Shown here: positions 8,049 to 17,400 of the stretch, one piece after another
Layout: every line of letters starts with the position of its first letter
How positions within the stretch are numbered: position 1 is the stretch's first letter
Assembly: GCA_947625165.1 (NCBI GenBank)
Contig: CANQNH010000002.1
Location: 1 to 54,575 of the forward strand
Length of the DNA: 54,575 nt
Direction: 5' to 3'
DNA from: an uncultured Clostridia bacterium
Lineage (GTDB): Bacteria > Bacillota > Clostridia > Christensenellales > UBA1242
Position numbers and translations under genes: made by a program
Notes under the pieces: model-generated
What the model saw: the letters and a program-made list of their open reading frames with translations, nothing else
What the model was told of the DNA's origin: nothing
Databases searched by the model: none

Positions 8049-9722
8049 TCACAAATTGACCACTTCGTCAGAAATCTCAATCACTCGCTTGTCATGAGAA
8101 ACAACAATCACAATGTCGTTCTTCTTCACCTTTTGCATCATCCGCAAAACGGTTTGCACATTTTTTGCATCAAGGTCGTTGGTCGGCTCGTCAAAGATGT
8201 AAACATCTCCTCGGCGCGAAACCGCTCGGACGAATGATATGCGTTTTTTCTCGCCACCAGAAAGTTGGTCAAGCAGATTGACGCTGTCGTTGTTTGTCCG
8301 TTTTGCAACTTTTTCAAGTTCAAACTTTTGGATGTTTTTCTTGGCAAAAGAATTTGCTTGGGCGTTTGGATAGGCGATGTTTTCGATGACGCTTCTGTCA
8401 AAAATTGTGCAATTTTGCAGCGTCAGATTGATTTTGTTGGACAGATAGAACAGCGAACTGACTTTGAGTTTGTCGTTTATGATGATTTCACCGTTTTTAT
8501 ATTCCTTCAGCCCCAAAAGACAGCCCAAAAATGTAGTTTTCCCACTTCCACTCGGTCCACAAATGCAGGTGATTTTGCCCGCCTCAAAGGTGGCGTTCAG
8601 TCCTGTGCGATGGAACTGTCCAATTTCAATTTCGATGTTCTTCATTTCAATCTTTTTGATTTTGTGGCCACGAAGATAGTTGATTTGGCTGCGTTCTTGT
8701 TTAAGGCGCTCCTGCTGATTGAGTTTGTCATCTGCGCTCGGCGAAAGTTCGTTTATTCGGCAAACGCGTGTTGAATAGTTGACCAGCAAATTGAGGTTGT
8801 AGCCCATATCGTTGATGGGCGAAAACAGGCGGTCAAGATAGGAAAGCAGGAGCACGATTGTGTCGATTTGAATTGCTGCCAGCGAGTTTTTCACAAGCAG
8901 ATATGTTGCCAGAAACATAAATGTGTACTCCAAAACATACAGCACTGCCCAGTAGGCGATGTGAATATTCATTCTTTTGGCAACAATTTTGTTGTATTGT
9001 TTATGTTTTTGGCGCAAAAGTTCAATTTCGTGATTTGTGGAATTTATAAAAGAAATAAACGGCAGATTATTGACGCAATTTGATATGTTGTTGTTGACTT
9101 TGGAGTTGACTATGTCCATATTTTTGAACAGTTTTTTGTCCATTTTTGTTCGCCACATCGCAACGGTGAAAATCAAAACTGCCATCGCCAGCGCGCAAAG
9201 CCCAACGATATAGTTGATTGAAAAAAGATAGATTGACGCAATAACCGAAGAAAAAACATATGGAATGATGTTGATGTTCAAATTTTTTATGTAATCAGCG
9301 ACAGCATCTGACGAACTTTCAACGATGAAAATAATTTCGCCCGTTGTGTGCTTGAGGTCCATATTTTTTCGTAAAGCCAAGATTTGTTGGAGGGCAAATT
9401 CACGATATCTTGTTTTTGCCAAGCCTTCGCTGAAACGCTGCATCATATTCCGAGAAAATGTGCTTAAAATCAAAAAGAATGCCATCGCCGAGAAATTGAT
9501 TGCCGCAACACCAAGAAAACTGAGTGAGTTGGGCAGTGTAATTCCAAAAAACACGGCATTGTTGCCAAGTGCTTTTGCTGTCAGACAGGCCAAGACCTGC
9601 GCAAAGCCAAGGTAACTGAACGCACGTGTTAAACAAAGAACGAAAATGCCAACAAAGAAAAATTTTTCTCTTCCTTTCAAAACTTTCCAAATGATGCCAA
9701 ATGCTCTGAAAACTTGCTTCAT
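8049..9722 (-). CDS. ABC exporter, fused permease + ATPase half-transporter
   Basis: N-terminal ~300 aa are multi-TM. Walker A GPSGSGKTT, signature LSGGEKKR, Walker B VYIFDEPTNDLD. GAGGG RBS. Confidence 0.9.
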   Translation of the reverse strand: MKQVFRAFGIIWKVLKGREKFFFVGIFVLCLTRAFSYLGFAQVLACLTAKALGNNAVFFGITLPNSLSFLGVAAINFSAMAFFLILSTFSRNMMQRFSEGLAKTRYREFALQQILALRKNMDLKHTTGEIIFIVESSSDAVADYIKNLNINIIPYVFSSVIASIYLFSINYIVGLCALAMAVLIFTVAMWRTKMDKKLFKNMDIVNSKVNNNISNCVNNLPFISFINSTNHEIELLRQKHKQYNKIVAKRMNIHIAYWAVLYVLEYTFMFLATYLLVKNSLAAIQIDTIVLLLSYLDRLFSPINDMGYNLNLLVNYSTRVCRINELSPSADDKLNQQERLKQERSQINYLRGHKIKKIEMKNIEIEIGQFHRTGLNATFEAGKITCICGPSGSGKTTFLGCLLGLKEYKNGEIIINDKLKVSSLFYLSNKINLTLQNCTIFDRSVIENIAYPNAQANSFAKKNIQKFELEKVAKRTNNDSVNLLDQLSGGEKKRISFVRAVSRRGDVYIFDEPTNDLDAKNVQTVLRMMQKVKKNDIVIVVSHDKRVIEISDEVVNL

Positions 9723-9742
9723 AAAACCCTCTTTTCGAGTGA

Positions 9743-9771
9743 ATTATATCATAATAAATTCAATTTCTCAA
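9743..9771 (-). promoter_or_regulatory. Sigma-A type promoter for the ABC exporter gene
   Basis: Minus strand TTGAGA (9771-9766), 17 nt, TATAAT (9748-9743). Confidence 0.6.
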
Positions 9772-9797
9772 GCAAAATCAAAATTCGAAATTTTTTG

Positions 9798-9826
9798 TTG
9801 ACAATTGTGTTGTTTTTGTTTAATAT
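9798..9826 (+). promoter_or_regulatory. Sigma-A type promoter for the GT8 gene (divergent from the ABC promoter)
   Basis: TTGACA 9798-9803, 17 nt, TAATAT 9821-9826. Confidence 0.6.
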
Positions 9827-9858
9827 GAGAAATATATTGCAAAAACAAAGGAAAAAAG

Positions 9859-10692
9859 ATGAGTGACGAAATCAATATACTTTATTGCTTGAACGATGCT
9901 TATTTGTATCCCATGATAAATATGCTGTATTCTATGCGGCTTTACAACCAAACCAGAGTGAATGTTTTTGTGCTTACAACATCTTTTTCTGAACAATCCG
10001 AGCAAAAACTGATTGAACATTGTCAGAAATTGAATGTCAATGCCCATATCCAAAGAATTGAATTTGAAGCTGAAATGAAAAATGCTGGGCACTATTCTGT
10101 TGATATGTATTTGCGGATTTTTGCTTTTAAATATTTGCCTTCAAACATACACAAAATTCTTTATGTGGATGCCGATATGTTGTTTTGTGATGATGTTGAG
10201 AAAATTTATGACAACAACATCTCAAATTGTAAAATTGCTTGTGTTGCAGAGCCGTGTCAAAAGAAATTGAAAAAATTAAAACATCGTCTTGGAGTTGAGC
10301 ATCTTTATTTCAACTCTGGAATGTTATTGATGAATTTGGACAATATCAGAAAAGGATGGAACGAAGAAAATGTTTGGAATTATATTAAAAGATACACACC
10401 GCTTTTGACATATCCAGACCAAGACATTTTGAATGTAATGTGCAAAGAAGAGGACTTGATGTTTTTGAATGGAATTTGTAACAATATGATAAGACACAAT
10501 TCTTTAAAGAATAAAACCAAAGATACTGTTCTTGTTCACTATGTTGGCAAGAAAAAACCTTGGAATGTGCAATTTTTGAGAAAACACGAAAGGTTGTTTT
10601 GGAAAGTTTTTAAAACAACAGGAATAACAGAATTTTGCCCAATGAAATGCAAGAAGCTTAGCGGGGGGGGGAGAAAGACCTCTTCGAATTGA
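9859..10692 (+). CDS. Family-8 glycosyltransferase (LPS/LOS 1,3-galactosyltransferase-like, GspA-like)
   Basis: ILYCLNDAY, ILYVDADMLF (DxD), FNSGMLLMNL and YPDQDILN are typical GT8 motifs. 277 aa. Confidence 0.8.
   Translation: MSDEINILYCLNDAYLYPMINMLYSMRLYNQTRVNVFVLTTSFSEQSEQKLIEHCQKLNVNAHIQRIEFEAEMKNAGHYSVDMYLRIFAFKYLPSNIHKILYVDADMLFCDDVEKIYDNNISNCKIACVAEPCQKKLKKLKHRLGVEHLYFNSGMLLMNLDNIRKGWNEENVWNYIKRYTPLLTYPDQDILNVMCKEEDLMFLNGICNNMIRHNSLKNKTKDTVLVHYVGKKKPWNVQFLRKHERLFWKVFKTTGITEFCPMKCKKLSGGGRKTSSN
10663..10671 (+). repeat. G9 homopolymer inside the last codons of the GT8 gene
   Basis: agcGGGGGGGGGagaaag. This is the only long G/C homopolymer I saw in an otherwise A/T-run-rich window. Confidence 0.95.
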
Positions 10693-10734
10693 TTTTTGCA
10701 GAACCATTGTTCAAATCTTCGCTAGAGACGACTT

Positions 10735-11676
10735 TCAATCAATGATTGCAATGTGAAGTTTGCCGATTGAGATGCCATTCACAAAAAGTTCCAAGTCTCC
10801 AAAGGCTTCGGCATTAATTGTGAAGTTGTTGTGGAAAATGCCAGCCACTTTTTCCACGCTGATGCCCACAACTGAATTTATTTCAATCGGGTCGGAATTT
10901 GTGCTTGTGTATATGTGAAAGACACATTCTGTGCCAGCCTTCATTTTTATGACATTGTTTTCAATGATTGCTTCGCCGCCAATCAGTTCCACAGAAAAAG
11001 CAAGCGCAGTTTCCTCTTTTCCGGGCTCGTTTTGGTCTGTGTTGTCGCTTGGATTGTTGCCTTCTTGCTGATTGCCTGAATTGCCGCTGCTTGTGTCAGG
11101 GTTTTTCTCTTCTTCAGGCGGGTTCTCTTTATCTGGTTGTTGTTTGTCAGGCGGTGTTTCATCGTCTGGCTGTTTGCCTGTTTCCGGCTCTGTGTTTGGT
11201 GGGTTTGGATTTTCTTTATCGGGATCTGTCACATCTTCTTTTGGAGGATTTGTTTCGCTTTCTTCGTTATTGTTTTTGTCCTCCTCTTTGTTGTCTTTGT
11301 CATCGTCATTATTGTCTTGCGAAGGATTGTTGTTGTCAGTTTCTTCTTCCAAAACGGTGACAACACATTCTGCTTGCGCGGTTTGTTTGTCATAGCGTGC
11401 AACCAAAGTCACTTTTGTGCTTCCAACACTGAGCGCTTGAATGATTGTGCCTCTGATTGAAATGATTTCGGGATTTTCAACCCTAAACTCAATGTTTGCA
11501 AACGGAATTGAAACGGAATATTCAATTTTTGTGTCGGTGTCATCGCGATACATTCTGATTGAAGTTTGAGTTTCGATTGTCAATTTTTCCTCTTTGTTGC
11601 AAGCAAAAGAAAAAATTGCGAGTGCCGCAATCATAAAGACAAAAATCGGACAGATAATTTTTCTCAAATTTTTCAC
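10735..11676 (-). CDS. Putative surface (lipo)protein with a Big_2-like Ig domain and a long acidic/Pro-rich low-complexity linker
   Basis: Likely start is GTG 11676, giving MKNLRKIICPIFVFMIAALAIFSFAC (signal peptide, possible lipobox Cys). ISIRGTIIQALSVGSTKVTLVARY...AECVVTV resembles Big_2. A D/E/N/P/K-rich linker of about 110 aa follows. The ORF track extends it to 11808. Confidence 0.6.
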   Translation of the reverse strand: MKNLRKIICPIFVFMIAALAIFSFACNKEEKLTIETQTSIRMYRDDTDTKIEYSVSIPFANIEFRVENPEIISIRGTIIQALSVGSTKVTLVARYDKQTAQAECVVTVLEEETDNNNPSQDNNDDDKDNKEEDKNNNEESETNPPKEDVTDPDKENPNPPNTEPETGKQPDDETPPDKQQPDKENPPEEEKNPDTSSGNSGNQQEGNNPSDNTDQNEPGKEETALAFSVELIGGEAIIENNVIKMKAGTECVFHIYTSTNSDPIEINSVVGISVEKVAGIFHNNFTINAEAFGDLELFVNGISIGKLHIAIID

Positions 11677-11682
11677 ATGAAG

Positions 11683-11691
11683 ATTATAGCA
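11683..11691 (-). promoter_or_regulatory. Extended -10 element (TGcTATAAT) only 6 nt upstream of the GTG start
   Basis: Minus strand ttgTGcTATAATcttcatGTG. There is no good -35 and no SD between the box and the start. Confidence 0.4.
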
Positions 11692-11879
11692 CAAAGTTTG
11701 TCGAAAAAAGAAAGATTTTGAACATTGTTTCAATTTTTTGTCGAATATTTTTGTTTGCTTTGCCAAGTGACGCCACTTTGACGGCGAAAGTTGAAACAAA
11801 CTTGTCACTTTGTTTCCGAAAATTGATGCTTTGTGATATAATCAAATTTGACAAGAGATTTTGATGGTGCAAGAGAATT

Positions 11880-13169
11880 TTGAAAGAAGTGAAGGGTGAG
11901 CGTTTGGTGAAGAGTGTGAGAGAAGTTGAAATTTTTGATGTTTCATATGATGGCGCGGGAGTTGGAAAACTTGACGGCAAAGTTGTTTTTGTGCCAAAAA
12001 CTCTGCCAAACGAAAAAGTGCAGGTGCGTGTTGAGAACACAAAAGGGAAATACTTGACCGCGACTTGCGAAAAGGTGCCTGTGGCATCGGAGAAAAGGGA
12101 AGCGGCAAAGTGCCCATATTTTGAAATTTGTGGCGGTTGTGATTTTCAACATTGTGGATATGATTTTGAAAGGCAGTTGAAAGAAAAAATTTTGAAGTCG
12201 GAACTCGCAAAAGTCGGATATCTTGGAGAACTGGAATTTGTCAAATCGGACAAAAGATTTTTCTATCGCAACAAAATCAAGTTGGAAGTTGAAGGGGACA
12301 AGATTGGTTATTTCAAGCCGAAGAGCCACAACTTTTTTGAGGTCAAAACTTGTCCAATTGCAGATGAAAAAATTTTGAAAACGCTGCCTTTGATTGAAGA
12401 ATTTTTGCGCGAAAACTGCTTTGAAAATTTGAAAAATGTTTACATAAAAAGTGTTGATGAAAAAGTTGCAGTTTTCTTTCTTTTTTCAAAAAATGCAAAA
12501 AAAATGCAAAAAAATGTCAAAAAAATTGATATTTTTCGCAATTTTTCGATAATTTTTGCTTATGGCGACATTTTGGAAAGCGACAAGACTGAGGTTGAGT
12601 TTGTTTTTGGGCAGAAAAAATTTTTCAAAAAATTCCGCAATTTTCAATTTGAAATTTCGCCGCAAGGGTTCTTGCAGGTGAATGACACGGTGGCCGCAAA
12701 ACTTTATGATTTTGTGGTTGAATTTTGTCAAAGCAAAAATGTTGTGAACGCCTATTCTGGTCAGGGGCTTTTGACGGCGATGATTGCTTCAAAGGCAAAA
12801 TCTGTTTTTGGAATTGAATTGCAAAAATCCGCTCACACTTGCGCTGAAAAGTTGAAAAATGGGTTGGCGATTGAAAATATGCACAATGTCTGTGGAAAGG
12901 TTGAAGAAAGGCTTGCTGGCGTTTTGGGAAAAGAAAAAATTGATTTGATTGTGCTTGACCCGGCGCGTGAGGGTTGCAAAAAGGCGGCTTTGGAAGAGAT
13001 GGTTTCCAGCAAGGTGGGAGAAATTGTTTATGTTTCCTGCAATTTTTCGACTTTGGTGCGAGATTTGAAGGTGCTGCAAAGTGCCTATAAACTTTCATCG
13101 GTGCGCGTGTTTGATATGTTTCCTTGCACGGCAAATATGGAAACTGTGGCAATCTTGAAGCGCATTTGA
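11880..13169 (+). CDS. TRAM-domain 23S rRNA (uracil-5)-methyltransferase, RumA/RlmCD family
   Basis: TRAM-like N-terminus VEIFDVSYDGAGVGKLDGKVVFVP. Fe-S Cys cluster CPYFEICGGCDFQHC, SAM-MTase part ending LDPAREG...FPCT. The start is uncertain: TTG 11880, or GTG 11907 behind GAAGGGTGAG. Confidence 0.85.
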   Translation: MKEVKGERLVKSVREVEIFDVSYDGAGVGKLDGKVVFVPKTLPNEKVQVRVENTKGKYLTATCEKVPVASEKREAAKCPYFEICGGCDFQHCGYDFERQLKEKILKSELAKVGYLGELEFVKSDKRFFYRNKIKLEVEGDKIGYFKPKSHNFFEVKTCPIADEKILKTLPLIEEFLRENCFENLKNVYIKSVDEKVAVFFLFSKNAKKMQKNVKKIDIFRNFSIIFAYGDILESDKTEVEFVFGQKKFFKKFRNFQFEISPQGFLQVNDTVAAKLYDFVVEFCQSKNVVNAYSGQGLLTAMIASKAKSVFGIELQKSAHTCAEKLKNGLAIENMHNVCGKVEERLAGVLGKEKIDLIVLDPAREGCKKAALEEMVSSKVGEIVYVSCNFSTLVRDLKVLQSAYKLSSVRVFDMFPCTANMETVAILKRI

Positions 13170-13268
13170 AAGGGCATTGTTTGTCGTTAAAAAGCGGGTG
13201 CGATGCCGGTTGTGCTATCTGCGAAATTTGTCGCATAAGATATTTAAAAATTTTTAACCAATTATTTG

Positions 13269-13297
13269 TTGACTTTTTGTGCGTTTTGTGTTATTAT
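13269..13297 (+). promoter_or_regulatory. Sigma-A type promoter of the two-gene giant-protein operon
   Basis: TTGACT 13269-13274, 17 nt, TGt + TATTAT 13292-13297. About 205 nt of leader precede the start codon. Confidence 0.55.
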
Positions 13298-13508
13298 CTT
13301 TATAGAATTTTCTTCACGCAGTTTTTGTCAGCAAGTTGATGTGAGGAAAATCCGTGAAAAAACACTTGAAAAAAACAATTTTTTGTCTTTGCAAGTGGGC
13401 TTGAATGGTGTGCAAAGGCAAAAAAGACACGATATTTGCCAAACAACAACAGAGATTTTTGCTTGAAAAGACTTTTTTGGCACAAAAATTTTGAATTTGG
13501 AGTTGTCG

Positions 13509-14444
13509 GTGACAATCAATTTAAAAAAAGTAATGCAAATTTTTATGATTTTCTTGGTCGCACTTGTGACCGGCGTTTCTGTCGGCAAAATTTATGTTGA
13601 CCACATTGAAGCAATTATGATTTCCGACAAAACTGTGGAAGATGTGAAGGCAAGTGAAGAAGATGTTTTGAAACTTGTCAACAGCGCAAAGGGCAAGACT
13701 GTGAAAAACTGCGGGCTTAAACCTGTGGAGATTTATCTTGTTGCCGAATACAATTTGTATAACGCGCCAGAATTTTATAAGATTATGACCGGCATTGTTG
13801 AAAACAGCGCTGTGAAACCACAAAATATGAAAGGCGAAAAACTGAAAAAAGATGGAAAGTTCTATTACAACAAACTTAGCCCATCTTCTGGTTTCCCTGC
13901 ACCAACACTTTGCTCGCGTGTGGAATATGAAATCGGTGCTGCAACGGTGGATGTCTATGCGACAGGCTCAATTTCGGGCTCTTCGCCGGCAAAAGACATC
14001 AAGGGCACTTTCAATGCAAATGCAAAAAAGACATACACTTTGGATGAATACAAACAAATGTTCAACACAGAGCCAACAACTGCTCTGTCCTACATCATTT
14101 CGTCAGTTTCTTGCCCGGATGAGAATTGCTCCACAATCAAGGACAACGGCAATGACACCTTCACTTTCACAATGAAATTTGATGCCACACACACAATGTA
14201 TGCAGGCTTGATTTATTCCTATGAAATTGCCTTCTCGTCAGGAATGGGACAGCCAAAATGGGTTTCGCTTGAAATGGAAGTCACTATTGACAAAGACTTC
14301 AATTTTGTTTCAATCAACTATGACGAAGTTTACAAGATGTCGTCAGTCATCGGAGATGTCACTGTTCACGATGATTTCACCGAGTTTATGTATTTCACAA
14401 ATGTTCCTTCTGTTGCAGACAGTGTTGGGGAGGTGATTGGATGA
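13509..14444 (+). CDS. Hypothetical 311-aa protein with an N-terminal signal-anchor helix; partner of the giant ORF
   Basis: GGAG sits 6 nt before GTG 13509. MTINLKKVMQIFMIFLVALVTGVSVGKIYV is followed by a polar ~280-aa body. Its stop overlaps the next start (ATGA). The ORF track begins at TTG 13491. Confidence 0.75.
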   Translation: MTINLKKVMQIFMIFLVALVTGVSVGKIYVDHIEAIMISDKTVEDVKASEEDVLKLVNSAKGKTVKNCGLKPVEIYLVAEYNLYNAPEFYKIMTGIVENSAVKPQNMKGEKLKKDGKFYYNKLSPSSGFPAPTLCSRVEYEIGAATVDVYATGSISGSSPAKDIKGTFNANAKKTYTLDEYKQMFNTEPTTALSYIISSVSCPDENCSTIKDNGNDTFTFTMKFDATHTMYAGLIYSYEIAFSSGMGQPKWVSLEMEVTIDKDFNFVSINYDEVYKMSSVIGDVTVHDDFTEFMYFTNVPSVADSVGEVIG

Positions 14445-17400
14445 TTGAGCGCGAAATCGAAAAAGCAAAAACGCTTTTCCCAAAAATGTTCAGGACATTC
14501 GCGGCGTATGTCATTATGACGCTGTTGGTTTTCTTTGGCTATGTTTTGATTTTTGGTGGCCCAAAATATGTCCTTCCAGATGAAGGCGATGCGGGCGCTG
14601 AAGAGGACAACTATTTTGGCGAGTTTGTGCAAAGTTTGACCGCCCTTGAAAACATCAAAGGAAATGATGTTAATCTTGTCCTCAAAACTGCGGACGAAAA
14701 AATTGATTTGTCTGTTCAAGGTGATTTTTGCTTTGACAGAGCAACGGGGCTGGCTCTTGATTTGGACCTTGGATATAACGGCCAGATGTTTGATGTTCAG
14801 GCAACATATCTTTCTCCAAACCTCTTTTTGACGATTGACGGAACAACCTATTTATTCGACACGTCAAAAGTTGACATCCAACTTCCGAAAACTGAAGAGG
14901 AATTTGATTTTTCGAAGATTTTGGACTTTGTCACAAACACTCTTGGAATTGACCTTGACCCATATCTTAATTCACTTGGAGAGCTTATTGGTGTTGACCT
15001 CAAAAACTTTGACCTCAATTCGTTTATGAACGTGCTCAAAATCACTCCAACGCTCAATGAGGAAACGGGTGACTATACATTCCGCATTCAACTTGGGGAA
15101 TATATTGATGCCACAATTATGTGTGACAATGCCTTTAACATCACAAATGTGTCAATGAAAGACATTCTTGTGAAGAACAATGTCATTCAGTTGAGCGTTC
15201 CGTTTGTGAGTATGAACAAAGAGGAAAACGTTGTCACCTATGACAGAACAAATGATGAAGTGGATTTGACAGGCTTGGGAATTTTTGCGGGCTATGCTCA
15301 GAACACCTTCCAAAACAACTTTGTCAATGTGAAACTGCTGGTTGATGGCGTTGAGGGTGCTCCGTATGCGGCAGATGTGAATGTTGACCTTGAAAACAAC
15401 ATCTTCAAATTTTCAACAGAATATCAAGGATTGAATGTTGTGGCAACCTATGCAAACGGAAACATCTATCTTGATGTGTTTGCCAAAGAGGGCGACAGTT
15501 CTGAGGTTGAGGGTGGTTTGAAAGTGAAAATCCGTGCCAAAGATTTTGACACTTGGAAAACAAAACTTGAAAAACTGCTTTTGACGCAAACAGGCAAGGA
15601 TTTCAAAGGGTTTTTTGAACAATGGAAACAAGATTTTGCAAGCAAACATCCAGATGTTGACCTTGAAAATATGACTGCAAAAGACATTGTGATGAAAATT
15701 CTTGCGGGATTTTTTGGAAATACAGAGAGTTTTGACACCTATCTTCCACAAAGCGCGACTTTGGAAGATGAAAAATATTCTCTTGGCTGGAACTGTGGTG
15801 CAAATCTGACCTTTGAGGCGAAAACAGATGAACAAGAAAACAAAAATCTGACAAAGATTGCGTTTGCGTATGGTGATGTGACGGCATCTGCTGATTTTGA
15901 GATTGTTGATGCGGGATTGAGCGTTGAGGATGGGGAGTTCTATGAACTTTCAAATCTCCTTCCTGTTTTGGATGTTGTTGACGGCATTTTGGCTGAAAAG
16001 CAGTTGGGCGGGGACATTGCACTGAATGTTGAGGGGCAAGAGATTTCTGGCAATTTTGTTTTGAATTTTGAAAATGACATCTTGGCGAAAGTGGAACTTG
16101 AAAATGGCATTCTTTCACGCAAAGTTGGCGGCGAAATTCAAAAGCAAAAAGTGGTGATTGTTCTCAGTGGCCGTGATGTTGTTGTGACGATTGGTGACAT
16201 TTCTGTGAAAGGCAGTTTGGATGCCATTGAGGAATATGAGGCAAAGATCGTGCGCTTGCTTGGACTTCAAAAAGTGGAAGAAACAAATCCTCCACAAGAT
16301 GAGCAGGAAAAAGACTTGGCACACAAGATTTCTGATGTGATACAAAAAGTTTGCGACATTTTGCAAAAATTCTCTTTGGGCGAGGAAAGAGATGAAGAAA
16401 ACAATTTGACCGCTTTGGCTGTGGTGAAATATCTCTCAACTCCACAAATCTTTGGCAAAGTTTCAATGGACGAAGATGGAAGAATTTGCGTTGCAGTTGG
16501 TGATGCAAGCCAAGAAAATTCTGGCGAAAATGTGGCAGGCGGGGAAAAGAATGGTGCTGTTTTGAAGTTTGGTGCAAACTTTGACGAGATTGAATATTCC
16601 GTTGCTGGCGAGGACCTTTCGGATGTTCTGGAAAAAGCGCAAAATGTGAAGGATTATTTCCTTGCTGGACAATATGCTTTCAAATTTGATGCAGAATTTG
16701 ACGGTTTCACAGTTTCCGCAAAAGTGGAAATTGAAAGACCTATCACACCAGTGCAGAGCGATGAGGCAAATCCTGAAACTATGGCAACTGGCACAAAGGA
16801 AGCGGAAGAAAGAACAACAGACGGCTTGACAGTTGTTGTCAGTGACATATATATAGGAAAGACGGATGCCGCAGGGTTGAATGGCGAAGGAATGACACCA
16901 AATGTCAATCTCACACTCAGACTTCAAGATGGCGTGCTGTTTGTGGACTATGGCGAAAACAAAATGAAATTTGTCGGAACATCTGCTGACGGCATTTTGA
17001 ACAAAATTTTGGAAATTCTGAAAGCCAATTTTGCCGAGCAGCTTGATGCTGAGCAAACTGTTGCTGATGCGGACGAAGGACAAGACGGTGAAAAGCCTGC
17101 TTTGTCTGACCAGCAAAAAGCACAACTGAAAGCCAAGTTTGTTGAAGTTTTGACGACCTTGTTTGGTGAGGATTTGACAACCAAAACCACTTCAGAACTT
17201 TTGAATATGCTGAGAGTTTCATTGAGCGGAACAACAACTGACGATATGACCTTTGATGTTGACTTCAAGAATGTTGTTGACGGCGTTGAAAAAGGTGTTT
17301 CTGGAAAAGCACAGGTTGTGTTTGAGGACAAAAACATCAAAAACATTCAACTTGCACTTGACGATTTCAAAGGGCTGAAACTCAATCTTGACGTTTTGCC

